From positions 1,152,001 through 1,216,000 of the forward strand of contig CAWEEQ010000004.1 in the NCBI GenBank assembly GCA_963808235.1: a stretch of DNA of 64,000 nt. The letters run 5' to 3'. This stretch comes from an uncultured delta proteobacterium. GTDB lineage: Bacteria; Desulfobacterota; Binatia; Binatales; Binataceae. Both the position numbers and the translations under genes were made by a program. Positions 40,258-49,480 of the stretch are shown piece after piece (position 1 is the first letter of the stretch; each line of letters starts with the position of its first letter). A model generated the notes under the pieces. That model ran no database searches and was not told the DNA's origin. It was given only the letters and a program-made list of their open reading frames with translations.

Positions 40258-41505
40258 GTGGACGAACTCAAGCGAACTGATCCCGAAATTTTCAAGCTCA
40301 TCCAGGAAGAAGAGCGCTACGAGATCGATTCGATTCGTCTAATCCCTTCGGAGAATTACGTCTCCAAGGCGGTGCTGGAGGCAACCGGATCGATTCTCAC
40401 CAACAAATATTCCGAGGGCTACTCAGGGCGCCGCTACTACGAAGGCCAGCGCTACATCGATCAGATCGAAACGATTACAGTCAATCGCGCGAAGGCGCTG
40501 TTTAAAGCCGATCACGCCAACGTTCAGCCGTATTCCGGCTCTCCCGCGAACCTCGCCATATACTACGCGCTTGCCAAGCCGGGCGAGAAACTGATGGGCC
40601 TTGCGTTGCCGCATGGCGGCCATTTGAGCCACGGATGGGGCGTGACGCTCTCGGGCACGTTGTGGACCGCGGTTCCTTACGAGGTGGACCGCGAGACCCA
40701 GCGCATCGACTACGATGCGATGCGGTCGCAGGCGCGCAAGGAGCGCCCGCGAATCATCATCGCCGGCACCACCGCATACCCGCGTCAGCTCGACTTCAAG
40801 ATTTTCGCCGAGGTGGCGAAGGAAGTCGGCGCCTACCTATTGGCCGACATCTCGCACATCGCGGGACTGATCGTCGGCGGTGTGCATCCTGATCCCTCGC
40901 CTTTTGCCGACGTGATGATGACCACGACGCACAAGACGCTGCGCGGTCCGCGCGGCGCGATGATCCTGTGCAAAGCGGAGTTCGCCGAACGTATCGATCG
41001 CGCGGTTTTTCCGGGGCTTCAGGGCGGGCCGCACAATCACACCACCGCCGGAATCAGCGTGGCGCTCAAGGAGGCGGCGACGCCGGAATTCAAGCAGTAT
41101 GCCGCCAATGTCGTCCGCAACGCGAAGACACTTGCTGATGAATTGCTCGCGCGAGGCCTCACGCTAGTCTCGGGCGGCACCGACACTCACCTGATACTTA
41201 TCGATCTGCAGGGCAAGAACGTGACCGGCCGCAAAGCCGCGAAGGCGCTCGACGCCGCAGGCATCGTCTGCAACTTTAACACCGTTCCCTACGATCCGCG
41301 CAAACCGTTCAGCCCGAGCGGGATCAGACTCGGCACGCCCGCAGTCACGTCGCGCGGAATGGGCGACGCCGAGATGCGCCAAATCGGAAAGTGGATGGAC
41401 GACGCGCTCTCCCACGTCAACGACGAAGCAGCGCTGAAACGCATCGCAGGCGAAGTCACCGAGATGTGCCGTAAATTCCCCGCGCCAGGCATCGCGCCGA
41501 CTTAG
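40258..41505 (+). CDS. glyA: serine hydroxymethyltransferase
   Basis: LIPSEN, NKYSEGY.G.RYY, ANVQP, TTTHKTLRGPRG, GIRLGTPA; GGAGG plus GTG start. Confidence 0.97.
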   Translation: MDELKRTDPEIFKLIQEEERYEIDSIRLIPSENYVSKAVLEATGSILTNKYSEGYSGRRYYEGQRYIDQIETITVNRAKALFKADHANVQPYSGSPANLAIYYALAKPGEKLMGLALPHGGHLSHGWGVTLSGTLWTAVPYEVDRETQRIDYDAMRSQARKERPRIIIAGTTAYPRQLDFKIFAEVAKEVGAYLLADISHIAGLIVGGVHPDPSPFADVMMTTTHKTLRGPRGAMILCKAEFAERIDRAVFPGLQGGPHNHTTAGISVALKEAATPEFKQYAANVVRNAKTLADELLARGLTLVSGGTDTHLILIDLQGKNVTGRKAAKALDAAGIVCNFNTVPYDPRKPFSPSGIRLGTPAVTSRGMGDAEMRQIGKWMDDALSHVNDEAALKRIAGEVTEMCRKFPAPGIAPT

Positions 41506-41636
41506 TCGACAGCCGCGCCATCCCGACAATCCCAGGAGAATTCCCGCCTATTAAGTCTGCGCAATTGGTGGTATCTCCACGTCCGTAGCTGTTTATTTCT
41601 CGGAAATTGTTTCGGGGGAGGGAGGACTAGACGGAG

Positions 41637-42134
41637 ATGGAAGGATTCTCGGTACGTTTATCGCTAGTTGCGGCAGGATTGTTTGCGATCGCGCTGACCC
41701 TGGCGCCGGCAGGATTTGCTATCGCCCAGGACGCGAATGACGCGGACGCGACGGAGCAGACCGAAGCTAAAGTCCCGAATATTTCCGGCTGTTGGCAAGG
41801 CAACGCCTTCAACGACAGCCAGGGCAATACACTCATCACGTTCTTCTTCGGGCAGAAGAAAAACAAACTCAGCAAGAAACAGAGCACCTTCGATCTCGGA
41901 GGTAGCGTGTCTGTGCATGGTCCGATCTCGGGCGCGGTGAAGGCGACTAAATTCAAGTTCAAAGGCCCAGTAGCCGGGACCGGCTTCGATCCACGCACTA
42001 TCAAAGGAATCGGATTCTTCCAGAGCGACAACAGTCTCAGCGGAAACTACCAGTACGCCGGCAAATGCTTCGAGAATCAATTTACGGGCGGCGACTTTTC
42101 CAAGGTGATATTTCTTGGCGCGACTTGCCCATAG
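41637..42134 (+). CDS. exported hypothetical protein (beta-rich, 3 Cys)
   Basis: Signal peptide, strong RBS region, coding-like. Confidence 0.7.
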   Translation: MEGFSVRLSLVAAGLFAIALTLAPAGFAIAQDANDADATEQTEAKVPNISGCWQGNAFNDSQGNTLITFFFGQKKNKLSKKQSTFDLGGSVSVHGPISGAVKATKFKFKGPVAGTGFDPRTIKGIGFFQSDNSLSGNYQYAGKCFENQFTGGDFSKVIFLGATCP

Positions 42135-42136
42135 GG

Positions 42137-42381
42137 TGATGAATTGCGCTCAGTTCGCGGTCAAGGTGGTCCGGGACGGTGGCGACTCCGACACCACCTG
42201 ATACTGATCGATCTGCAGAACAAGAACGTGACCGGCCGCAACGCGGCGAAAGCGCTGGACGCCGCGCGCATCGTCTGCAACTTCAACGATCCGCGCAAAC
42301 CGTTCAGCCCGAGCAGGCTCAGACTCGGCACGCCGGCAGTTACGTCACGCGGGATGGGCGACGCGGAGATGCGCCAGATCG
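42137..42381 (+). repeat. degenerate duplicate of the glyA 3' region (~41137-41386)
   Basis: HLILIDLQ.KNVTGR.AAKALDAA.IVCNFN(12-nt deletion)DPRKPFSPS..RLGTPAVTSRGMGDAEMRQI. Confidence 0.9.
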
Positions 42382-43074
42382 CAGCGATTAACCCGGTTCT
42401 CGATAACCTTAAGATCGCTAGTCCGCAAAGAGAAAGTTCTTACAAGACATTGTCTGCGCTGAAAGAGCAATTCCTCGATCAGTTTCCTGGAGGTTTTCAC
42501 GGAAGGGAGTACCAATTCGCGGAGAGAAACTACAAGGTTGAAGCGCACGAACTAGCGAAGAAACTACTTCGTCGCACACATTTCGAAAAGGCACTCGCAT
42601 CGAAGAGGTTCGATGAACTCTTCGAGAATACCAGAAAAGTAATGCAGGCGACGAACTTGGTATTTCCCAATGAGAAGATGAACTTTACTGACGGACTAAG
42701 AAAGCTGCCTTTTCAAGAAGAGTTCTGTACAACTCTTTACGATCTGCTTTTCGACGAGGGCGATCTGAAACGACGATTCCTGTCCTTCTGTAGAGTCCTC
42801 GATGAGATTGGATCAGCGAAATGGACAGTTGCCACTTATTTTCCGTTTATCATGTACCCCGGCGAACATATGTTTATCAAGCCAATCGTTACTTCGAGAG
42901 CCGCAGAGGTCTGTGCATTCGAATTGAACTACAAACCGCAGCTGAATTGGCTGACATACGAGAAACTCCTATTATTTTCGCAATATCTCAGGAAAGAACT
43001 CTCAGATCTGAAACCTCGCGATATGATTGATGTTTCAATCATTCATATGGTGCACGGGCGAAGGGCAGGCGTGA
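42144..43074 (+). pseudogene. chimera of a glyA fragment and an N-truncated AT-rich foreign gene
   Basis: FPGGF...ER.YK, KWT.ATY, FIKP, PRDMID; removing one T at 43033-43035 gives DVQSFIW..stop 43074, as I recall for DUF3553-associated proteins. Confidence 0.6.
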
Positions 43075-43152
43075 ACATTTGCGCTAATGCAAAGCGGAGC
43101 GAGAGGAACCGTCGCCCCGACCCCATAAGGGCGCGGCTCAGCGCTCCAGCAT

Positions 43153-43179
43153 CCTAAACCCTCTCCGATCGGGAGAGGG
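43153..43179 (+). repeat. REP-like palindromic element
   Basis: CCTAAACCCTCTCC-GATCG-GGAGAGGG. Confidence 0.55.
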
Positions 43180-43667
43180 CGGCGCGCCTCCGCGCGCCGG
43201 GCGCGGGCGCCCGCATACCCCGACCTGCAAGCCGTCCCAGCTCGCGACAGCACCCCTTTCCTTCATTCTCTGATACTGCCCCGAATGAAAGATGTATTTC
43301 CTATTCCAGCCAGCATCAGCCGCAAATCGGCGATTTGTGGAATTCTGTCTCCGTGAGTATCCCAATGAGTCATCGGAAAACATCTGACAATCACCACATC
43401 ACATTCCGGCAAGGTGAAGTGGATCGTCACGACCGCGCAATTCCTGAACCGAAGAATCCTCGACGAGCGTCAGAATCCCCAGTAAACACGGAGCTTGGCT
43501 GCACTTCTGCATTTTCCCGCATCGTGAAAATCTTCATCGGCGATCGCAGCAAGGCAACTAACGGCAGGGTGAAAAGATCATCCGTCTTTTTGCTTTTCCT
43601 TCGTGTTTGTCGGCCCAACTAGTGATGCGCCTTGACATCGCGGGCGCAGCGACGGGATAAAATCCTC

Positions 43668-44753
43668 ATGGCGCAAATTAAAATTGAACGCGGCCTTCAC
43701 CTCGGAATTCCTTACACGCCCGATATGCAGACGGGCGAAAAACGGCCCGAGCCCACCTGGAGCGGGATTCGCGACCAGGTGCGCGATGCGGAGGCGCTCG
43801 GCTACGACACCTTGATCGCGGTCGAAACGCAGCACGACCCATACCTCGAGTTGGCGATTGCCGCACAGGAGCCTGCGAAGATCGAGCTCGCGACTGGAAT
43901 CGCGCTCGCATTCACCAAGAGTCCGGTTGCAACCGCGTATACTGCGTGGGATTTGCAGCGGATGAGTGGCGGACGATTGAATCTTGGACTCGGTTCGCAA
44001 GTAAAGGGTCACGTGATGCGCCGATTCGGGATGCCGTGGTCGAAGCCGGCGCAGCGGATGAAAGACTACGTGGGTGCGATGCGCGCATGCTGGAAGACGT
44101 GGCAGACCGGCGCGCCGCTGGATTTTCGCAGTGAGCACTACAATCTGTCGCTGATGACGCCCAACTTTGCGCCGCCACCGATCACGTCGAATCCGCAAAT
44201 CCCGGTGCTGATCGCGGCGGTGCAGGCGCTGATGCTTCAAGTCGCAGGCGAAGTGTGCGACGGCGTACGACTGCACGGAATCGTGACGCGAAAATATCTC
44301 GATCAGGTAGCATTTCCCAATCTGAAGAAGGGCTTCGAGAAATCAGGCCGGCCGGCCGCCGAATGGGGCAGCTTCCAGATTGGCGGCGGCGGGTTTCTGT
44401 GCGCCGCGAAGGACAAGGATTCGCTCGCGCGCGCAGTCAGCGCAATGAAATCGACAATCGCTTTTTACGGATCGACCCGCTCATACCGCTCCAGCTTCGA
44501 GATCGACGGATGGGGCGATACGGCCGATCAGTTACACAAGCTGTCGGTGCAGCAGAAGTGGCCGGAGATGGCGAAACTGGTGACCGACGAGATGGTGCAC
44601 GCGTTCGCGGCAACGGGAACCTACGACGAGATTGCGCGAGTGATCAAGAAACGGTTTGCGGGCGTCAACCGGCTCTCGTTCGACATGCCGATCAAGAACG
44701 ATCACGATCGCGGAGTGCTGAAGGAGATCATCCAGGACCTGCGCCGGCCCTGA
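43668..44753 (+). CDS. LLM-class, probably F420-dependent oxidoreductase (TIGR03617-like)
   Basis: ETQHDP.L, TGIA.AF..SP, AWDLQ..SGGR..LGLGSQVKGH, LMTPNF.P, AFYGST..Y. Confidence 0.85.
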   Translation: MAQIKIERGLHLGIPYTPDMQTGEKRPEPTWSGIRDQVRDAEALGYDTLIAVETQHDPYLELAIAAQEPAKIELATGIALAFTKSPVATAYTAWDLQRMSGGRLNLGLGSQVKGHVMRRFGMPWSKPAQRMKDYVGAMRACWKTWQTGAPLDFRSEHYNLSLMTPNFAPPPITSNPQIPVLIAAVQALMLQVAGEVCDGVRLHGIVTRKYLDQVAFPNLKKGFEKSGRPAAEWGSFQIGGGGFLCAAKDKDSLARAVSAMKSTIAFYGSTRSYRSSFEIDGWGDTADQLHKLSVQQKWPEMAKLVTDEMVHAFAATGTYDEIARVIKKRFAGVNRLSFDMPIKNDHDRGVLKEIIQDLRRP

Positions 44754-45455
44754 TCACGCGGCGGGCGGGTTGATGTCGGACCACAGGCGGCGCATCAACT
44801 CGATATGAGTTTCGACCGCCCAAAGAGTCTCGGCGGCGGCACTCTCGGGAATCGCGCGGAAGATCGAACCGGCGCTCGAGTCCCCGTGATCCCTGTCGAC
44901 TTTCACGTGAACGCTGAAGAAGAGTAGCGCGTCGTCGGAGAGTTTGTAATGGCGGCGGAGCCCGTCGATCACGCGCACGTAAGCGTCGGGGTTGAAGAGC
45001 TCGGAGCCGAGGCTGATTCCGGCCAGCGTGACGTACCACGGCCTCGACTCGGCGAGCCAGTACATCCAGTGGACCATCGCGGTCGCGTCGGTGGACATCG
45101 GAGCGTGGAGCAGCTCGTCGCGGGGAATTCCGATCGCCTCGCCGAATTCGAGATAGAGTTCGAGATGGGACCGGCCCGCGCCGGAGACGCGGCCGAGTTC
45201 CTCTTCGATCAAATTTTCCACGATTGCTTTGCGCGCTGGGAAATCGTCGCACTTCGCGTAGATGAGGCCGAGGATATTGGCGTTGTGCGCCTTGTTGCCG
45301 ATGAAGAGCTGAGTCGCCCAGTGGCGGAGCTGTGGCTGGGAAAGCTCGCCGCGCTCAATCTTCTCGATGGTCGGATGCGATCGGAGGGTTCGATTATTGC
45401 GCTCGAGTTTTTCGATCAAAGACTTAAGTTGGCGAGTTCCTTTTTCAACGTCCAC
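44754..45455 (-). CDS. heme-oxygenase-like diiron protein (PqqC/TenA/CADD family)
   Basis: ENL.EE.G...H, central E, FF.VH...D..H ligand set; overlaps the ligase stop; GGAGG RBS. Confidence 0.82.
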   Translation of the reverse strand: MDVEKGTRQLKSLIEKLERNNRTLRSHPTIEKIERGELSQPQLRHWATQLFIGNKAHNANILGLIYAKCDDFPARKAIVENLIEEELGRVSGAGRSHLELYLEFGEAIGIPRDELLHAPMSTDATAMVHWMYWLAESRPWYVTLAGISLGSELFNPDAYVRVIDGLRRHYKLSDDALLFFSVHVKVDRDHGDSSAGSIFRAIPESAAAETLWAVETHIELMRRLWSDINPPAA

Positions 45456-47118
45456 GATCAATTCCTCCGGTGTTGCTCTCGGCGGTGGAATTGCGTTCGC
45501 GGCTCACTTTCCTGGCTATATCCGCGCGCAATTCCACTTTTCGGACTTTGCCGACGTTGGTGAGCGGCAATTCGCGGACAATTTCGATTCGCTCAGGCCA
45601 TTTGAATTGAGCGACGCCGCGCGCGGCAAGATATTCGCGCATCGAGACGATGTCGAACGCGATGCGATTTCTGAGCGTCAGGTACGCGCATGCTTTCTCA
45701 CCGAGCACATCATCGGGCATCGCGACCACCGCGGCAGCATCGATCGCCGGATGAGCGATCAGGTGGGCTTCGATTTCCTCGGCGCTGATTTTCTCGCCAC
45801 CTCGATTGATCAGATCCTTGATCCTTCCCTCGACGACAAGATTTCCGGAAAGATCAAGCCGCACAACGTCACCGGTTCGATAGTAGCCGGCGAGATCGAA
45901 GGCTTCGCGATTGCGCTCGGGCGCGCGGAAGTAGCCGCGAATCGTGTATGGGCCACGACACCATAGCTCGCCGACCTCACCGGGGGCGGCGTCGCTTCCG
46001 TCGGGCTCGACGATCCGGATTTCGTCGCCGGATGAGACGGGCCGACCTTGCGTTTTGAAGGCCACTTCTTCCGGGTCGTCCAGGCGAGTGTAGCAGAGCA
46101 ACCCTTCTGCCATTCCCAGCACCTGTTGCACCGCAATGTGCGGGAAACTGGCTTTCAAACTGCGCGCCGTGTGCTCCTGGAGCCGTTGTCCGCCTACGGT
46201 GACCACGCGAAGCGACGACGAAAAGTCGGTACCGAAAGACTCCGAACAGCCGAGCAGTCCGAGCGCGACGGTCGGCACGCAGGGCAGATGGGTTACCTGC
46301 TCGCGGCCGATCACCTGCGCTAGATCGGCGGGCTTGGTCGATTGGCAAAGGATCGCACGCGCTCCCGTCAGCATCGCGCCGAGTAATCCGGGGCAGGCTA
46401 GTGGGAAATTGTGTTCGACGGGCAGCGCGATGAGTATGCGCGAATCCGGAGTTAGGCCGGTGACCTTCGCGGATACGCGTGCGTTGTAAAGAAAATCCGC
46501 ATGGGTGCGGGGGATAAGTTTCGGCATCCCGGTGGTGCCGCCCGAAAGGAGGAACAACGCTACGTCGTAAGGATCGTCGTTCGCAGATCCGATGCGACGG
46601 GAGCCGGCGTCGCGATCTTGCAAGCAAACGCATCCGTCGCCTGGCGTCGTCGAGAAGACCGATTTCAACATGGGCAGTTCGGCTACCAGCTCGCGAGCGA
46701 GGGCGGCGTGATCGAAGCCGCGATAGTCGGGAGCGATGGCGATGGCGTTGGCGCCGGCGAAGGAAATGAGGTACTCGAGCTCCGCTTTGCGAAACGCAGG
46801 TAGCGCCATGATCGGAATCGCGCCGATTTCGAGGCAGGCAACTGTCAGCGTCGCGAAATCGATGCAGTTGGGAAGCTGGATGACGATGCGATCGCCGCGA
46901 GCGACGTTTTCGCGATCGAGCAGCGCGGCAATATGCCCGGCTTCATCGAGGAGCTGCGAGTAGGTGAGACTTCGGGTCGAGTCGACCAAGGCGATTGAGT
47001 TGGGTCGTTGGTCAGCCGCGCGGACAATCGCCTGGGGAATCGTTTCGGCGTTCCAGAAGCCCTCGCGTATATATCGCTCGGCGAATTCGGGCGGGAATGG
47101 CGTGCATCCTTCGAGCAT
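45445..47118 (-). CDS. aryl-acid adenylating enzyme, EntE/PchD family, salicylate-type pocket
   Basis: LSGGTTG.PKLIPRTH, HNFPLACPG, QQV.GMAEGLL, YRTGD, INRGGEK, T.VGK. Confidence 0.88.
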   Translation of the reverse strand: MLEGCTPFPPEFAERYIREGFWNAETIPQAIVRAADQRPNSIALVDSTRSLTYSQLLDEAGHIAALLDRENVARGDRIVIQLPNCIDFATLTVACLEIGAIPIMALPAFRKAELEYLISFAGANAIAIAPDYRGFDHAALARELVAELPMLKSVFSTTPGDGCVCLQDRDAGSRRIGSANDDPYDVALFLLSGGTTGMPKLIPRTHADFLYNARVSAKVTGLTPDSRILIALPVEHNFPLACPGLLGAMLTGARAILCQSTKPADLAQVIGREQVTHLPCVPTVALGLLGCSESFGTDFSSSLRVVTVGGQRLQEHTARSLKASFPHIAVQQVLGMAEGLLCYTRLDDPEEVAFKTQGRPVSSGDEIRIVEPDGSDAAPGEVGELWCRGPYTIRGYFRAPERNREAFDLAGYYRTGDVVRLDLSGNLVVEGRIKDLINRGGEKISAEEIEAHLIAHPAIDAAAVVAMPDDVLGEKACAYLTLRNRIAFDIVSMREYLAARGVAQFKWPERIEIVRELPLTNVGKVRKVELRADIARKVSRERNSTAESNTGGIDRGR

Positions 47119-47135
47119 CGTCGTGCGTACCGCGA

Positions 47136-47798
47136 CTAGCGGGCAGAGAGCGTCCCGGCGATCATGCGGAAGCATTCGTCCATGATGCGGCCGCGCTGTT
47201 CGTAATCGCGTGCGGGGTCGTACCAGGTGTAGAACCAGTTCATGGCGCCGAAGAGCAGTGAGGTGAGGATGCGCGTTTGCTCGCGATCGAGCGTCTTGTT
47301 GCGATGCGCGGCGCAGGCTTCGAGCAGGCGGCGGCAGATGCGCGAGTACTCACGCTTGAGCCGCGTGATGTCGGCAGCATAACGGCCGGTGAGCGAATCA
47401 GCTTCGCGCACGAGCACTTTCATCTCGGCGAGATTCTGCATGTGGTACTCGAGATGGCTGCGGATGAAGAGGCGGAGGCGCTCTTCGGGTTCTTCGGTCG
47501 CGGACATCCGTTCTTCGGCGAGCGCGACCAATTGTTCGAATGCGCGGCGCGAAATAAGGTACAGAAGCTCCTCCTTATTGCGGAGGTAATAGTAGATGCG
47601 CGGGAATGATATTTTCGCGCGCGCAGCGATGTCGCGAATCGAGGCGAGGCCGAAGCTCTTTTCCGCGAAAACCGCCGCCGCCGAACGCAGGATGTGATCG
47701 ATATTCGCGTCGTAGCGTTCGTCATGGGCAATCGCGCGCGAGGGCGGCTTGATGCTCGCGATCTTTTTTGGCGCCGATTGCGCGTTTACTTTTTTCAC
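47136..47798 (-). CDS. TetR/AcrR regulator (KstR2/PaaR-like C-domain)
   Basis: HTH SIRDIA..A.IS...IYYY.NKEELL; LFGAMNW..TWY. Confidence 0.9.
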   Translation of the reverse strand: MKKVNAQSAPKKIASIKPPSRAIAHDERYDANIDHILRSAAAVFAEKSFGLASIRDIAARAKISFPRIYYYLRNKEELLYLISRRAFEQLVALAEERMSATEEPEERLRLFIRSHLEYHMQNLAEMKVLVREADSLTGRYAADITRLKREYSRICRRLLEACAAHRNKTLDREQTRILTSLLFGAMNWFYTWYDPARDYEQRGRIMDECFRMIAGTLSAR

Positions 47799-47835
47799 TG
47801 CGCACCCCTTTGTAGCATGGTCCTGAAAACGTCAA

Positions 47836-48567
47836 TCAACTGAAGCGGCGGCCGGCGGCGGGATCCGGGATGGGAATCTCGAGTTTGGTCAGCAGATTGT
47901 TGACCTCCGCCGTGAACTCATCGCGCATCTGCTCGTTGCTGCGACGCCGAAGTCCCCATCGCACGTAGTCGAATTGGCGCTTGGAGCCGGATTTGCCGAA
48001 CATGTCGAGGCCGGCCGGGTACCACTTTGCGAGATGCTTTATAAAGAGCTCGCGTCCGCGACCGCCTTCGCGATTCAGGTAACGGCGGATCAATCTGTAT
48101 CCGAATGCGGCGTGACCGAGTTCCTCTTTATGCACGCGCTCCGCGATTCGTGCGAGCGGTTCGTAACTGCACCCCACCCACTCGAAGCCCATGTAGGCGC
48201 CCTGGCGATCGGCGAAGAAGCTGAAAAGGCCGTATTCAAGCCAGTCCTCGGCCTGATCGCGCATTTCGAAAATGTAGATCGGCATCGGCGACGCCATGAA
48301 CTCCGCGTCGACTTTTACGGCGAGGTCTTCGAGCAGCTTCATCCAATAGCTCGCGTGACGAACCTCATCGGACCAGAATGCGGCGTACTCGGCCTTGTCT
48401 TCCGCCGTAGGAGCCAGCGCGAGTGGCTTCAGGAGCGTGCGCTCAGGCGCGAGCATATATTCTGATTCGATGCGCGATTGAATCGAGAGCATCCGGATCA
48501 GCAAATCTTTGTAGTCGGCGGGAAGGCTGTCGGGCCCTGAGAAGCGGATTTCCGTTGCGTCGCTCAT
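47836..48567 (-). CDS. PaaA-like ferritin-fold diiron protein (stand-alone)
   Basis: AP..EDK, DEVRH, SYEPLAR...V.KEELGH, W.P.GLDMFG, WGLR.RSNE.MR..F. Confidence 0.78.
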   Translation of the reverse strand: MSDATEIRFSGPDSLPADYKDLLIRMLSIQSRIESEYMLAPERTLLKPLALAPTAEDKAEYAAFWSDEVRHASYWMKLLEDLAVKVDAEFMASPMPIYIFEMRDQAEDWLEYGLFSFFADRQGAYMGFEWVGCSYEPLARIAERVHKEELGHAAFGYRLIRRYLNREGGRGRELFIKHLAKWYPAGLDMFGKSGSKRQFDYVRWGLRRRSNEQMRDEFTAEVNNLLTKLEIPIPDPAAGRRFS

Positions 48568-48699
48568 CGACTATTGTGCCCCTCGCGAAATATTGTGGAC
48601 TCACGAAGACGGCTCCACAAGCCGCGCAGTTCTGCTGTTCTGAACGATAGTTCACACCCCAATTGCCGGTCAATCCACGAAATTCAAGCTGGTACTTCG

Positions 48700-49458
48700 T
48701 CATCCCGACATGGTCAGGCCGCCGCTAACGCTCAGCACCTGACCGGTGACGAAGTCAGAATCGGAGGAAGCAAAGAATGCAACCGCGCCGACGAGGTCCG
48801 CAGGCTGCCCGAGGCGGCGAAATGGAATGCCGCGCGCCATCGATTCGAGGACTTTTTCGCGTCCCGCCATCGCAGTTTTGAGCAGCGCAGTTTCCGTCGG
48901 CCCCGGGCATACCACGTTGACGTTGATATGGCTGGCGGCCAGTTCGCGCGCCAGCGTTTTGGAGAAACCGATTATGGCGGCTTTGCATCCCGCGTAGACT
49001 GCTTCGCCGGTCGATCCGACGCGGGCCGCGTCGGAGGAGATCGAGACGATCTTGCCGCTGCCGCGCGATTGCATCCGCGGCGCGATCGCCTTGCAGCAGT
49101 TGAGGACGCCGCGAAAGTTGATCGCGATCAGCTGGTCCCAGAGCTCGGGGCCGGTTTCGAGGAACGGCTGGAGGACGTCCCATCCGGCATTGTTGATCAG
49201 GATGTCGATAGGGCCGAGTTCGCGTTCGACGCGATCGGAGGCAGCGAGCGCATCGTCGAGTTTTGTAACGTCGAGCCGGAGCGCGATCGCCACAGCGCCG
49301 GTGGAACGAATCCCGGCGGCGGCTTGCTCGGCTGAATCGAGCTGAATATCGGCGAGCGCGACTTTTGCGCCTTCGGAAGCGAGCCGCGACGCGATCGCTT
49401 GCCCAATCCCTTGTGCCGCGCCAGTTACGATTGCGACTTTGCCGTTAAGTCTGGTCAT
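48700..49458 (-). CDS. SDR, BadH-like (2-hydroxycyclohexanecarboxyl-CoA dehydrogenase-like)
   Basis: NNAGWD..PF, SDAARVGS.GEAVY..CK, FSKTLARE, VCPGPT.T, TGQVLSVSGGLTM. Confidence 0.85.
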   Translation of the reverse strand: MTRLNGKVAIVTGAAQGIGQAIASRLASEGAKVALADIQLDSAEQAAAGIRSTGAVAIALRLDVTKLDDALAASDRVERELGPIDILINNAGWDVLQPFLETGPELWDQLIAINFRGVLNCCKAIAPRMQSRGSGKIVSISSDAARVGSTGEAVYAGCKAAIIGFSKTLARELAASHINVNVVCPGPTETALLKTAMAGREKVLESMARGIPFRRLGQPADLVGAVAFFASSDSDFVTGQVLSVSGGLTMSG

Positions 49459-49480
49459 GCGAGATGCCTAACTGGCGAAC

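Noticed and set aside
41137-42381. Prophage or ICE attL/attR in glyA
   Set aside because: No integrase or phage genes; the repeat is diverged, internally deleted and encloses under 1 kb
45445-47118. Siderophore (enterobactin/pyochelin-type) biosynthetic cluster
   Set aside because: No NRPS, aryl carrier protein, isochorismate enzymes or TonB receptor in the window
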